A stretch of 64,000 bases of DNA from contig JAAYBJ010000284.1 in NCBI GenBank assembly GCA_012730105.1, positions 7,872 to 71,871 on the forward strand, given 5' to 3'. The DNA is from Candidatus Hydrogenedentota bacterium. Its GTDB lineage: Bacteria; Hydrogenedentota; Hydrogenedentia; Hydrogenedentales; CAITNO01. Below the pieces are notes generated by a model, which worked only from the letters and a program-made list of their open reading frames with translations, searched no databases and was not told the DNA's origin. The position numbers and the translations under genes were made by a program. Below are positions 10,371-20,459 of the stretch, in pieces. Numbering within the stretch: the first letter of the stretch is position 1; each line of letters opens with the position of its first letter.

Positions 10371-11659
10371 TGACCCGCATCCCGCGCATCGACTGTGCCC
10401 GAAGTTTCGTCTGTATCCGAAGGGGCGGCGGTGCGCAACAGCATCCCTTCCACGGGCGCAGCCAGGTCGGTGATGACCAGGGCCTCCCCGTCTAGAATGC
10501 CGTCAGAAATATACACTTCTTCCTGGGAACTCCAGGCCACGGTCACCGGACGAATGTTCAAGGTGTTTTCCGGGGTCATTATCCAAACCGTATTTCCCTC
10601 ATGAAGATGGGTGCGCGAGATGGACGCAATCCCGGGAATGGTTTTGCCTTCGATAAGCACCCGGACAAAGGAATCAAGCAACAGCACCCGCTCCGGGGCA
10701 TCATTCGCATGCAGGTTCAGAGGGTCCTCAACGGTTATAAGAAGGCGCGCCATGCGCCCCTGCGGCTCAAGATCCGGAAGCAGCCTTGCCACATGCCCGG
10801 TTCGGTGGTGTTCCTCGCCCCAGGCCACCGGATTGTAGACCCGGGCTAAGGAGCCCAGTTCGTCATTTGACTCCGGCAGCACTATCCATGACAGTTCATT
10901 CAGTGGCACGGATACTTCAATCCAGAATACATCGGTGCCCGCCAGTGTGGCCAATGAGCTTCCCGCCGAAACATAGGCGCCCTTTTCAACAGACCGGGTG
11001 AGAACAACGGCATTGAAGGGGGCGATAATGGCAGTCCGCTCCAGATCGAGTTTCGCCTTTTCCACCGCGCTTTCAGCAACGGCAACCGTTGCTTCCTTGG
11101 CTGCCAACTGGGGTTTTCGCAACAACAGATCAAGGTCCGGCGCTTCAATATTCTCCAAAAGCAGCTCGTATTCGCTCCGGGCCACGGCCTGTTGCCCCAT
11201 TTCGATGCGCACCTCGGATTCGGCCTTTACAAGATTGCCTTCTTGTTGTTCAAGGGCAAGTTCATAATCCTCCCGGTCCACCTGAAGAATCTTGGTATCT
11301 TTCTTCAGGATGCCGCCGGGGACAAAATCCGGGCTTACCTCCGTAATCTGGCCGCTTATTCGCGCCGCCAACTGTATGCGCAACGCGGGGATTACCGTCC
11401 CCATGGCATGTACGATAACCTGTCTATCCTCCAAAACAACCGGAACGGTGCCCACCAGAACAGCCTGCTTACGCGGCTTCTGTCTTTCAGGTACGGGACG
11501 GTTAATAAGCCAATACCGCGAAATAACGATTGTCACAAGTACCAACGTCGCAATCAAGAGCAACTGGATAATGGAAAATAGTGTTCTAAAAAAACGGGAC
11601 GTTTTCAGGGGTTGATTGCCATCAGTTTCTTTATAGGCGCTCATACTCGTTTTTCCCAT
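10367..11659 (-). CDS. RND efflux periplasmic adaptor (membrane fusion protein)
   Basis: N-terminal TM helix, ARISGQI and LERTAIIAPFNA motifs; overlaps the permease start (ATGA). Confidence 0.9.
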   Translation of the reverse strand: MGKTSMSAYKETDGNQPLKTSRFFRTLFSIIQLLLIATLVLVTIVISRYWLINRPVPERQKPRKQAVLVGTVPVVLEDRQVIVHAMGTVIPALRIQLAARISGQITEVSPDFVPGGILKKDTKILQVDREDYELALEQQEGNLVKAESEVRIEMGQQAVARSEYELLLENIEAPDLDLLLRKPQLAAKEATVAVAESAVEKAKLDLERTAIIAPFNAVVLTRSVEKGAYVSAGSSLATLAGTDVFWIEVSVPLNELSWIVLPESNDELGSLARVYNPVAWGEEHHRTGHVARLLPDLEPQGRMARLLITVEDPLNLHANDAPERVLLLDSFVRVLIEGKTIPGIASISRTHLHEGNTVWIMTPENTLNIRPVTVAWSSQEEVYISDGILDGEALVITDLAAPVEGMLLRTAAPSDTDETSGTVDARDAGQ

Positions 11660-11698
11660 AGTGGGGGAAACACCATGTTTACACTCCGCATTCTGTTT

Positions 11699-13324
11699 TT
11701 AATTACTTGATTGGACCGATGTTTCGTCGACTCCGGTTAATCCGGAAACGCTCTCTTGCTCCGGCATATCAAGGCCATGTTTTTCCATCCAAGTGCCGCC
11801 CAAGGCGAGGCAGATCTGGAGCCGGTATTGGAGGCGAACGAATTCCGCCTGTACTATGCGCCTCTCCACGGCCTGCAGTTGCGTCATGGCAGTCAGGACC
11901 GGCAAATAATCTATCACGCCGTTCAAATAGCGCTGCATGGCCTGTTCATACGTGTCTTTTATGGCCTTTTGTTCCTGTTTCAGCAATTCGACATATTCGG
12001 CCTGTTTTTCTTCACGCATCATTGCCAGTTCCACTTCCAGAACACTTTCCAGGATGCTTAATTGATACGCGGCAAGGCGTTCTTCAACCACGGCGCGGGT
12101 GCGTTCAACTTCCGCCTTGCGCCGTCCTCCGTCAAAAAGCGGCCCTGTCAGGCTTCCCGCCAACCTTGCCAGCCAGTTGTCAAAAATGGCGGTCCACTCT
12201 TCCGCGTTATAGGACGCCCCGGCGGAAAGCCTGATCGCGGGCATCCTGTCCGCACGCGCGGCGCTAACATACCAATCCGCTGCCTGCAGGCGCAAGCCCG
12301 TTGCCCGGACATCGGGGCGGTTTGCCAGCAAATCCGCCGGCAAGCCCGCTTCGGGCAAGGGACCCACTTCCGGTAAAACATCCGTCTTGATGGCAGGCGT
12401 ATTTCGAGGCGCCTTACCCATCAACACAGCCAATTCGAGTAATGCCGCGTCCAGCGACTCTTCCAGGGTCGGTACCAAAGAGGCGGTCTGTGCCGTCACC
12501 TGCCGCTGTTGATAGACATCAAGCGCCGTGGCGAGGCCCCTGGCAAAGCGAAACTTTATAAGAGTCAACGTTGTCTCGTTCAGTGTATGCTGCTCATTAA
12601 CCAGGTTTAGCACCTGCCGGTTGGCAGCAACTGTCAGCCACTGCCGTGCAACCGTTCCGGAAAGGCTCAGCATGGCGCCGTATACATCTTCCCTGGACGA
12701 CTCCAGTTCAAGCAGGGCCGCCTGATGCTGCGAACGGACACGCCCCCAAAGATCCACTTCGTAACTGCTCGCCAACCCGAAACTGTAGGAATGGCTTACC
12801 GTGGTAACGCTGGAGGGGGGGGATGCTTCCGTCAAGGTCTGGGCTGCCTGGAGGCGTGACTGCAGGGAGCGAAGTTCAGAGGAGAACGAACTTTCGCCAC
12901 CGCCTTGCACATCCGGATTCAGCAAGGTTCCCAATGCGGCCAGCCGTTTGTTCAACACTTCCAAATCAGATGCTGCGAGATCCGCCTGCATATGACGGCG
13001 GCTGACGGAGGTTTCTCCCGTAATACTCAGTTCCGGGAATCTGCCGGCTCCCGCTTTACGTGCAAGTTGCTCTGCCTGCAACAACCGGGAATTCATCTGC
13101 TGCAATGACAAGTTGCCGGCCAAAGCCGCCTCAATTAATTGGTTCAGTTCCTCGGAATTGAACGAGGTCCACCAACATTCCGGAACAGGCGCACCAGCGT
13201 CATACAACGTATAGGCTTCAGGAAAAAAGGCTTTTTGATCCCTCGGTTCGGGATCAAAACGGGCACAGCCGAACACGGCCGCAATAAAAAACAGGACGCT
13301 TGTAATTGAAAGAAAAAAACGCAT
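11699..13324 (-). CDS. Outer membrane efflux lipoprotein (TolC/NodT family)
   Basis: Lipobox VFGC; WWTSF, YEVDLWGR, LLANRPDVR and PLFDGGR motifs. Confidence 0.92.
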   Translation of the reverse strand: MRFFLSITSVLFFIAAVFGCARFDPEPRDQKAFFPEAYTLYDAGAPVPECWWTSFNSEELNQLIEAALAGNLSLQQMNSRLLQAEQLARKAGAGRFPELSITGETSVSRRHMQADLAASDLEVLNKRLAALGTLLNPDVQGGGESSFSSELRSLQSRLQAAQTLTEASPPSSVTTVSHSYSFGLASSYEVDLWGRVRSQHQAALLELESSREDVYGAMLSLSGTVARQWLTVAANRQVLNLVNEQHTLNETTLTLIKFRFARGLATALDVYQQRQVTAQTASLVPTLEESLDAALLELAVLMGKAPRNTPAIKTDVLPEVGPLPEAGLPADLLANRPDVRATGLRLQAADWYVSAARADRMPAIRLSAGASYNAEEWTAIFDNWLARLAGSLTGPLFDGGRRKAEVERTRAVVEERLAAYQLSILESVLEVELAMMREEKQAEYVELLKQEQKAIKDTYEQAMQRYLNGVIDYLPVLTAMTQLQAVERRIVQAEFVRLQYRLQICLALGGTWMEKHGLDMPEQESVSGLTGVDETSVQSSN

Positions 13325-13588
13325 GTGATCTCGTGCTTATGGGTAACTACCAATAGCATTGGGATGCTTCGCCTCTCGACAGGCGTTGCCATGCTTCTAC
13401 TCTCAAGAAATAAACAGACATCCTGATAAGGGCGATTTCCTCATATGAAGAACATGATGATACAAAATTAGGCAGGACAATTTCATTATCTGTGAAAAGG
13501 GACTTCATTCCCTTGCGTTTGACACACTCTACAGACACGATGAAATTTCGTTGGAGGCATTCATCAGGACTATTCCTCCCGGTAGGAT

Positions 13589-13618
13589 TTGATACCATCT
13601 CCGAACGAATGCTAGAAT
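13589..13618 (+). promoter_or_regulatory. Putative sigma70 promoter of the riboswitch leader
   Basis: TTGATA-N18-TAGAAT with TG extended -10, ending about 6 nt before the riboswitch. Confidence 0.55.
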
Positions 13619-13624
13619 TCAGCG

Positions 13625-13835
13625 ACCGGTTCTCAGGGCGATAGTCGCTCTGACGCTAAGAGGGAATCCGGTGAGAATCCGGAACTGCCCCGCAGCGGTA
13701 AACAGGAACGAACGGCGCGATCGTGGTGTCTTTTCAACACGGTAAACGCACTGGTCCCATTGGATGGGGCTGGGAAGCGGCGTCAAGTAGGAACAGCCTC
13801 CAGGGAATATGCCTGTAAGTCCGAAGACCTGCCGG
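13625..13835 (+). ncRNA. Cobalamin (AdoCbl) riboswitch
   Basis: Hallmark blocks AGGGAATCCGGTGAGAATCCGGAACTGCCCCGCAGCGGTA, GCACTGG...CTGGGAAG and the B12 box AGTCCGAAGACCTGCC. Confidence 0.95.
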
Positions 13836-13957
13836 AAAAAGTAATGCGACGCTATTCTAATTCTGAAAGCCATGTTCGAGGTGGAATATCGCAGAGTCAA
13901 TTTCCCCCTAGCATGCCTTGACGACTTGAATGGCCCGCAAGAAACGAGGGTTTCATC

Positions 13958-15346
13958 ATGAATCAAAATGCACCAGTTCCCCACCCGACCTCCTTTTCAT
14001 CCCTTGTCGTAAGACACAGTCTGTTATTGATTGTTGTCTTTCACCTTGCATTGTCAGCGGTTGCACAAGGGCCGTCTTCTTTAAACCAAGCCCTGATTAA
14101 GCCTTATTACATGTTTCCGGTGTCTTTGGAATCAGCGCTGGTCAGTTTTGACTGGGACGCCTCGGGGGCACTCCACTATACCGTGGGTGACCCAAATTAC
14201 GGGTTAAAATTGGAAGTATATAAGCTTTCACAAGACACCCCAATTCTGGTTTATGAAACCGCAAGCGCTTGGGTCGGCTCATTGCTGACTTGTATCGGAG
14301 ATTACATTTACTTTAATGACGGCGGGGATTACTTGCGGGGAGACTTTAATTACTATTTCTACAACGCATCAAACCCGGAAACCGTGGTGCCTCTGCTAAT
14401 AGCACCTTACGGCGCCAGCCTCTGGGGTGTTACCGGCCGCGGTACGGATGAACTTTTTGCTTCCGGTTCCACGGCAACCTGGGGACCGGCATCGTTATTT
14501 TACAGTCCCCTGGACAGTTCGGGCATGCTGGAATCCACGCCTCCGGTGGTATTCGGTGAGATTGGCGATTCCCCTGGCCCCATGGCCTTTGATCCCTCCG
14601 GTAATCTGTACTATGTGCCGGGCTATGCCTACAGCGGCACGGCAACGATTTACCGTTGGAACGTCCAGGAGGTGGATGCCGCTTTGACAGGCGGGTCCGG
14701 TATGGGTCTTCAGCCCGCCGGACACGACTGGGCGACATTACCCGCGCCCTACGACGGTGCGACAGGCATGATTGCCGACCCCTATGGGAACATTTATGTT
14801 ACGGCAACATCCTGGGGCGCGCCCAGCCAACTGCTGGCATTCAGGGAAGACAACGCAATGGTGACACCCGCCGCGGAATATGTTGGAAGACTGGAAACAT
14901 TACGTTACCGGGATAACGCCATCTACATGAGTTGCGCGAACGGTATTTTTCGTATGCCGTTACTCACCGTGGAATTCTCCCTTGAAGACACGGATGTACT
15001 GGCCACAGTGGGGGAGACCGCGGTCTTTGCGATTAACGCAACAGGCGGCATAGGCAACCGAAGCTATCACTGGTACCGAATGGACGATCAGAATACGAGA
15101 GTACTCGTGGGAACCGACCTGTCCCACTATTCCATGACCGCCCAAAGTGAAGACTCGGGAACCGTCTATTTCTGCCTGGTCAAGGATGATGTGTATTCGA
15201 TTGAATCGCCCCATTTCAGCCTGACGGTTCAAGACCCGGTACCCTTGGCAGCCCCCGTAATATTGTTGTCCGGCGCGATCATACTTGCCGTGGCGGGCAG
15301 TATCGTGCTTATTAAACGCCGTTCCCCGGCAGAAGATATTGCCTGA
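13958..15346 (+). CDS. Riboswitch-controlled exported protein: beta-propeller-like repeats, Ig-like domain and C-terminal membrane anchor
   Basis: Signal peptide; blade-like repeats FDWDASGALHY / MAFDPSGNLYY / MIADPYGNIYV; Ig motifs YHWYR and DSGTVYFCLV; tail VP-hydrophobic helix-KRR. Confidence 0.7.
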   Translation: MNQNAPVPHPTSFSSLVVRHSLLLIVVFHLALSAVAQGPSSLNQALIKPYYMFPVSLESALVSFDWDASGALHYTVGDPNYGLKLEVYKLSQDTPILVYETASAWVGSLLTCIGDYIYFNDGGDYLRGDFNYYFYNASNPETVVPLLIAPYGASLWGVTGRGTDELFASGSTATWGPASLFYSPLDSSGMLESTPPVVFGEIGDSPGPMAFDPSGNLYYVPGYAYSGTATIYRWNVQEVDAALTGGSGMGLQPAGHDWATLPAPYDGATGMIADPYGNIYVTATSWGAPSQLLAFREDNAMVTPAAEYVGRLETLRYRDNAIYMSCANGIFRMPLLTVEFSLEDTDVLATVGETAVFAINATGGIGNRSYHWYRMDDQNTRVLVGTDLSHYSMTAQSEDSGTVYFCLVKDDVYSIESPHFSLTVQDPVPLAAPVILLSGAIILAVAGSIVLIKRRSPAEDIA

Positions 15347-15431
15347 AAACAGCCCGGCCGAAAAGTTGCAAAACACTCCTTGTTTTTGCTAAAGTATGTT
15401 CACTCTCTTGAGGGGATATGCAGCCATATAC

Positions 15432-15508
<77 letters not shown>

Positions 15509-15517
15509 TTTGTTTTT

Positions 15518-15551
15518 ATGCCGCCTGGTTTTGCCAGGCGGTATTTTTTTT
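15518..15551 (+). terminator. Rho-independent terminator after tRNA-Asp
   Basis: ATGCCGCCTGG-TTTTG-CCAGGCGGTAT hairpin followed by a T run. Confidence 0.8.
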
Positions 15552-15595
15552 CTCACGGGTGAAGCACGGAAAGTTTATAAGGCCTATTGGACCTA

Positions 15596-15630
15596 TAAAA
15601 AGGGCCCTGCGGTAGTTCCGCAGGACCCTT
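15596..15630 (-). terminator. Terminator of the fadN-fadA operon
   Basis: AAGGGCCCTGCGG-TAGTT-CCGCAGGACCCTT hairpin, with a T run on the minus strand. Confidence 0.65.
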
Positions 15631-15657
15631 ACGTATGCTGCAAGCGTTTTTGGGGGA

Positions 15658-16824
15658 TCAGTCACACAGTTCGAACACGCCGGCGCCGCCCATGCCGCCG
15701 CCGATGCACATGGTTTCCAAGCCCCACTTGACACCACGCTTCTTCATCTCATAAATCAGCTGGGTGGCAAGTTTTGCACCCGTTGCACCGAGGGGATGAC
15801 CAAGAGCGATGGCGCCGCCATTCACATTGACAATCGCCGGATCGAGATTGTAATGCTTGACCACGTACAGGGTCTGCGAGGCAAAAGCTTCGTTGCACTC
15901 AATCAACCCAATGTCGGCGATAGTAATGCCGGCCTGCTTCAAGGCACTGTCAATGGCGGGAATCTGGGCCGGCCCGAGATATCCGGGATCACCGGCGCCC
16001 ACGGCATAGCCGCGTAAACGCGCCATCGGTTTCAAGCCCAGTTCCTTGACGGCCTTAGCGCTTGCGAGGACGGTAGCCGCTGCACCGCAGCTGGTCTGGC
16101 TGGAGTTACCGGCCGTGGCAATGCCTTTTCCGCCAGGCCCCGCAAAGGCAGGCTTTAATTTGGCCAAACCTTCCAAGGTGGTCTCAGGGCGGGGACCCTC
16201 ATCCGTGTCAAAAGTAAACGTTTTGCCGTTTGGCGCTTTGACTTCGAGCGGTACGATTTGTTCCTTGAACGTGCCCTTCGCAATGGCCTCAGAGGCGCGC
16301 TGATTGCTCATTACGCCCCATTCGTCGCATTCTTCACGGGTAATGTTAAAGTCCTTGCCCATGTTGTCCGCGCATTGGCCCATACCGGTATAAGCGCGGG
16401 GATTGCTCTTGACCAGCGACGGGTTGGGCATCAACTTGTTACCGCCCATGGGGATAAGACTCATGGACTCGACACCGCCCGCGATGGCGATATCGAGCAT
16501 GCCGCACTCAATCTTGGCGCCCGCGATGGCCATAGACTCCAATCCGGAGGAGCAGAACCTGTTCACGGTCTCGCCGGGAATGGTATCAGGCAACCCTGCG
16601 ATAAGCAGGGCCAGACGCCCGACATTCATGCCGGACTCCGCTTCGGGAAATGCACAACCAAGAACACAGTCTTGGATCTTTTCTGCTGGAATGCCGGAAC
16701 GCTTTACGGCTTCCCGAATCGCGGCGGCGGCCAGGTCATCGGGACGCACATGGGCAATCGCGCTGCCGGCTTTGGACCGGCCCACAGCCGTGCGAACGGC
16801 TGAAACTACATATACGTTTTCCAT
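15658..16824 (-). CDS. fadA: Acetyl-CoA C-acyltransferase (3-ketoacyl-CoA thiolase)
   Basis: NRFCSSGL, NEAFA, GHPLGATG and MCIGGGMG motifs. Confidence 0.95.
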   Translation of the reverse strand: MENVYVVSAVRTAVGRSKAGSAIAHVRPDDLAAAAIREAVKRSGIPAEKIQDCVLGCAFPEAESGMNVGRLALLIAGLPDTIPGETVNRFCSSGLESMAIAGAKIECGMLDIAIAGGVESMSLIPMGGNKLMPNPSLVKSNPRAYTGMGQCADNMGKDFNITREECDEWGVMSNQRASEAIAKGTFKEQIVPLEVKAPNGKTFTFDTDEGPRPETTLEGLAKLKPAFAGPGGKGIATAGNSSQTSCGAAATVLASAKAVKELGLKPMARLRGYAVGAGDPGYLGPAQIPAIDSALKQAGITIADIGLIECNEAFASQTLYVVKHYNLDPAIVNVNGGAIALGHPLGATGAKLATQLIYEMKKRGVKWGLETMCIGGGMGGAGVFELCD

Positions 16825-16838
16825 GCTTACACTCTCCT

Positions 16839-19241
16839 TTAGTTACGCAGCGGCTTGCCGCTGGCAAGCATGTTCTGAATCCGCGCCTGAGTTTTTTCGG
16901 TACCGCAAAGGCTTACGAAAGCCTCGCACTCGAGATCAAGGAAATCCTGCTCGGTCATGGGGGTGCCTGCGGCACGATCGCCACCGCACAGGATATTCGC
17001 AATATGACTGCTGATCAGCATATCATGCTCGCTCGCCCAACCGGCTTCTTTCATGCCCCAGACACCGGCTGCAAAAACAGCCTTAGCGCTTTCACCCAGG
17101 GCGTACAGGCGCGGCTTGCGCGGCGGGGCATAACCCGCCACCACCATGCCGCGGCATACCGCCTTGGCCTTCTGAATCTGGTGGTCATAGTTAGGCAGCA
17201 CGATGTCGCTGGCACGGAAATAGCCCAGTTCGATCACTTCGGCGCCGCTGGTGCCGACTTTCGCGGTCGCAATGTTTTCAAAAGCCCGGCGCACAAAGGG
17301 GAAGGCGTCATTGGGCTGGATGTTCTCTGGCATATACTCCAGAGCGCGCACCAGCAGTTCCGTGGTGCCGCCGCCCGCAGGAATCACACCCACACCCACT
17401 TCAACAAGTCCTGCGTAGGTTTCACCGGCCAGAACGACTTTGTCCGCGTGTTGGCAGATTTCCACACCGCCGCCGAAGGTATAATGATGCGGCGCCGCAA
17501 CGACGGGCGCACTGCAGTATTTCATGCGCATGCCGATACCTTGCAGGCCGCGCACCATGTCTTCGAGGCCTTTCCAATTCTCCTGCATGGCGTCACCCAG
17601 AACAAGCATCAGGTTCGCGCCCGCGCAGAAATGGGGCCCCTGGTTGCCAATAACCATGCCCTCAAATTTGCCTTCTTCCAGCAGGTCAACACCCTTGTTA
17701 AGTACGGCGACAATATCGGGGCCGATGGCATTCATCTTGCAGTGGAATTCAGCGCAAATGATCCCGTCTCCAAGATCCACCAGGCTGGCTTCATCCATTT
17801 TCTCCACGATGTTTGTGGGATTGGCCTTGACATTGATTAGTTTCAATTCGTTCGGATTGGTGGGCACCGGTTTGTAGGTCTTCGTCGCGAGGTCGAAGAA
17901 CAGGTCCACGCCTTTTTCGGACTTGTAAAACGACTTGCCGCCAGCCTCCTTGACCGCCTGTGCGATGGGCGGCAAGGCGATGCCTTCGGCAGCCATCCGT
18001 TCACAGACTTCGTCAAAGCCGAGGATGTCCCAGGTCTCGAAAATGCCGACTTCCCAGGCAAATCCCCACTTGCAGGCATTATCCAGATTCACGATATCAT
18101 CCGTGATTTCAGGAATACGGTTGCCCGCGTATTGGGCCATGTTCGCGAAAAACTTGAAGAGGAACTTGGAACCTTCGTCATCTCCGAAATGCATGACCTT
18201 CAGTTTTTCAGCGAGGCTGCCCGCGCTGCGCGCCGCGCCCGTGCAGGCAAACCGAGGCTTGACAGGAGCGCGATAGTCCACCGTCGCCGGGTCAAAGCCA
18301 AGAATAACCTTCTTGCCTTTTTCATCCCGTTCCTTGGTGGCCTTGTAAAATCCGGAACCAGACTTGTTCCCGAAATAGCCCTTTTCGATCATCTTGTCGA
18401 ACCAGTCCGGGCCTTTCATCATGTCACGGCGTTCATCATCCGGGCAGCCGTTATACACGTTGCCGACCACTTTCTGAAGGGTGTCCAGCCCCACAAGGTC
18501 GGCCGTCCTGAAGGTCGCCGAACTCGCATGGCCGATGGCGGGTCCGGTCAGGGCGTCGATTTCCTCCACACCCAGGCCGGCTTTTGTCATTTCATGCATC
18601 AGGTATTGCATGGCAAAGGTGATGATACGGTTGGCTACAAAGTTGGGCGTGTCCTTGGCATAGACGATACCCTTGCCGAGCACGTTTTCACCAAAAGCGC
18701 CCACTTCCTTTACCACTTCGGGTTTCGTCTTAGCCGTGGGAATTACTTCAAGAAGTTTGAGGTAACGCGGGGGATTGAAGAAATGGGTGCCCAGGAAATG
18801 CTGGGCCATTTCATCGGGCATATCTTCAGCCATCGCGGAGATGAGAATACCGCTGGTATTGGAACTGACAATGCTACCCGGCTTCCTGTACTTTGCCACT
18901 TGCGCGAAAATCTTTTTCTTGATGTCAAGTTTTTCAATGACCACTTCGATGATCATATCGCAATCCGAGATTTTCTCCATGTCGTCCTCGAAATTGCCGA
19001 TCTCGATCATGTCGATATACGACTTGACATACAAGGGCGCCGGCTTGGCCTTTAACAAGGCCGCTTTGGCGCCGGCCGCGATTGCATCGCGCTTTGCCTT
19101 GTTCTTTTTGTCCTCATCGGACAGATTCGGGGGCACGATATCCAGCATGACACTTGGAATACCGCAGTTGGCCAGGTGCGCGGCGATGGCCGCACCCATG
19201 ACGCCCGAACCCAATACTGCGACACGTTTAATTTCCCTCAT
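16839..19241 (-). CDS. fadN: 3-hydroxyacyl-CoA dehydrogenase / enoyl-CoA hydratase (FadN type)
   Basis: VAVLGSGVMG, SSNTSG and HFFNPPRYLKLLE, plus a C-terminal crotonase domain (FCAGANL, GLVEVGVG); ends GKPLRN. Confidence 0.92.
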   Translation of the reverse strand: MREIKRVAVLGSGVMGAAIAAHLANCGIPSVMLDIVPPNLSDEDKKNKAKRDAIAAGAKAALLKAKPAPLYVKSYIDMIEIGNFEDDMEKISDCDMIIEVVIEKLDIKKKIFAQVAKYRKPGSIVSSNTSGILISAMAEDMPDEMAQHFLGTHFFNPPRYLKLLEVIPTAKTKPEVVKEVGAFGENVLGKGIVYAKDTPNFVANRIITFAMQYLMHEMTKAGLGVEEIDALTGPAIGHASSATFRTADLVGLDTLQKVVGNVYNGCPDDERRDMMKGPDWFDKMIEKGYFGNKSGSGFYKATKERDEKGKKVILGFDPATVDYRAPVKPRFACTGAARSAGSLAEKLKVMHFGDDEGSKFLFKFFANMAQYAGNRIPEITDDIVNLDNACKWGFAWEVGIFETWDILGFDEVCERMAAEGIALPPIAQAVKEAGGKSFYKSEKGVDLFFDLATKTYKPVPTNPNELKLINVKANPTNIVEKMDEASLVDLGDGIICAEFHCKMNAIGPDIVAVLNKGVDLLEEGKFEGMVIGNQGPHFCAGANLMLVLGDAMQENWKGLEDMVRGLQGIGMRMKYCSAPVVAAPHHYTFGGGVEICQHADKVVLAGETYAGLVEVGVGVIPAGGGTTELLVRALEYMPENIQPNDAFPFVRRAFENIATAKVGTSGAEVIELGYFRASDIVLPNYDHQIQKAKAVCRGMVVAGYAPPRKPRLYALGESAKAVFAAGVWGMKEAGWASEHDMLISSHIANILCGGDRAAGTPMTEQDFLDLECEAFVSLCGTEKTQARIQNMLASGKPLRN

Positions 19242-19294
19242 CGCATCATTTCTCCTTATTGATTGACTCGCAACTTGGGCCTTACCATTGTATA

Positions 19295-19310
19295 CTTAAC
19301 GGTCGTTAAG
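19295..19310. promoter_or_regulatory. Palindromic operator upstream of fadN
   Basis: CTTAACG-GT-CGTTAAG just downstream of a minus-strand TTGAAG-N17-TACCAT promoter. Confidence 0.55.
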
Positions 19311-19554
19311 CATTATCTATGGTACACCATTTCCAGTCCTACTTCAAGTTTATTTTTCCCGCCCAACGCCCTTCTATCTCATCAGTCAATACGGGGGCAT
19401 TCTGCTCTTGGGCAGTTCTGTCGCAGTGAAATATTGTTCCCGCCACACATTTGCGTTACCATATACCGTCTTTTTCTTTGCGATACACAAACTGCATAAG
19501 ATAACCACGGGCATGGTTCGAGACCTTAGGTAAAAAGAGAATGTTCCCAGTCCG

Positions 19555-20427
19555 ATGACATGTATTATTCATATAACAGACTTGCACTTCTGGAATATTG
19601 TTTATAATCCGTTCTACCTCTGCAACAAACGCATTCTGGGTAATTTGAACCTGATACTGCGACGTCATCGCTATGTTCACAAGGAAAGGGCTCAATCCTT
19701 TCTGCAGGTACTCTCCGAAATTCAGCCCGACGGCATACTAATTGGCGGCGACCTGACCACAACGGCAACGCGCGAGGAATTTCAGCAGGCCGCGAATTTT
19801 CTGGACCAAGTATCGGCACGATGTCCCGCAATTTATCTTCTCCCCGGTAATCACGATTATTACACGTTTGAATCCTGCCGGAAGCACCGATTCGAACACT
19901 ATTGCGGAAAACACGCGCCAATAAGCGTGGACCCTGTTCTATCCATGCTGCCCGGAGATATCTCCTTAATACGCATTCCCACGGTCAGACCAAACCTGAT
20001 CACTTCACGTGGCTTCATATCCGAAGAACAACTTACTAAGGTGAAAAAACTTCTTGAAAGAAAGGGCCCCAACCCGACACTTGCCCTTGCACATTACCCC
20101 GTACTTTCACGTACAGCGCATTATCATTCCGGATATGACAGAAGGCTCGGCGGCGCCAGTGCCCTAAGGGGTATACTGGGGCACTCAGGCCATCCCATTC
20201 TCTACCTTGCCGGCCATGTCCACGTTTTCACCCATACCATGGATCCGACATACAACAATATTACGCATATAACCACAAGCGCGTTATTCTATGACAAACA
20301 GAAACGGCGTGGCGGATTCACGGAAATCAAAGTGGATGCCGGAACTATGCGGATTTTCCCCTGGAGTTATCAGGACGGTTGGATCAGGGGCGTGGAATCA
20401 CATCCCGCCGCCGAAGTACCCTGCTGA
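19555..20427 (+). CDS. Calcineurin-like metallophosphoesterase
   Basis: DLH, GD, GNHD and GHVH motifs. Confidence 0.88.
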   Translation: MTCIIHITDLHFWNIVYNPFYLCNKRILGNLNLILRRHRYVHKERAQSFLQVLSEIQPDGILIGGDLTTTATREEFQQAANFLDQVSARCPAIYLLPGNHDYYTFESCRKHRFEHYCGKHAPISVDPVLSMLPGDISLIRIPTVRPNLITSRGFISEEQLTKVKKLLERKGPNPTLALAHYPVLSRTAHYHSGYDRRLGGASALRGILGHSGHPILYLAGHVHVFTHTMDPTYNNITHITTSALFYDKQKRRGGFTEIKVDAGTMRIFPWSYQDGWIRGVESHPAAEVPC

Positions 20428-20459
20428 AAGGGTCATCGGTCCACCACAAGTTCACCTTC

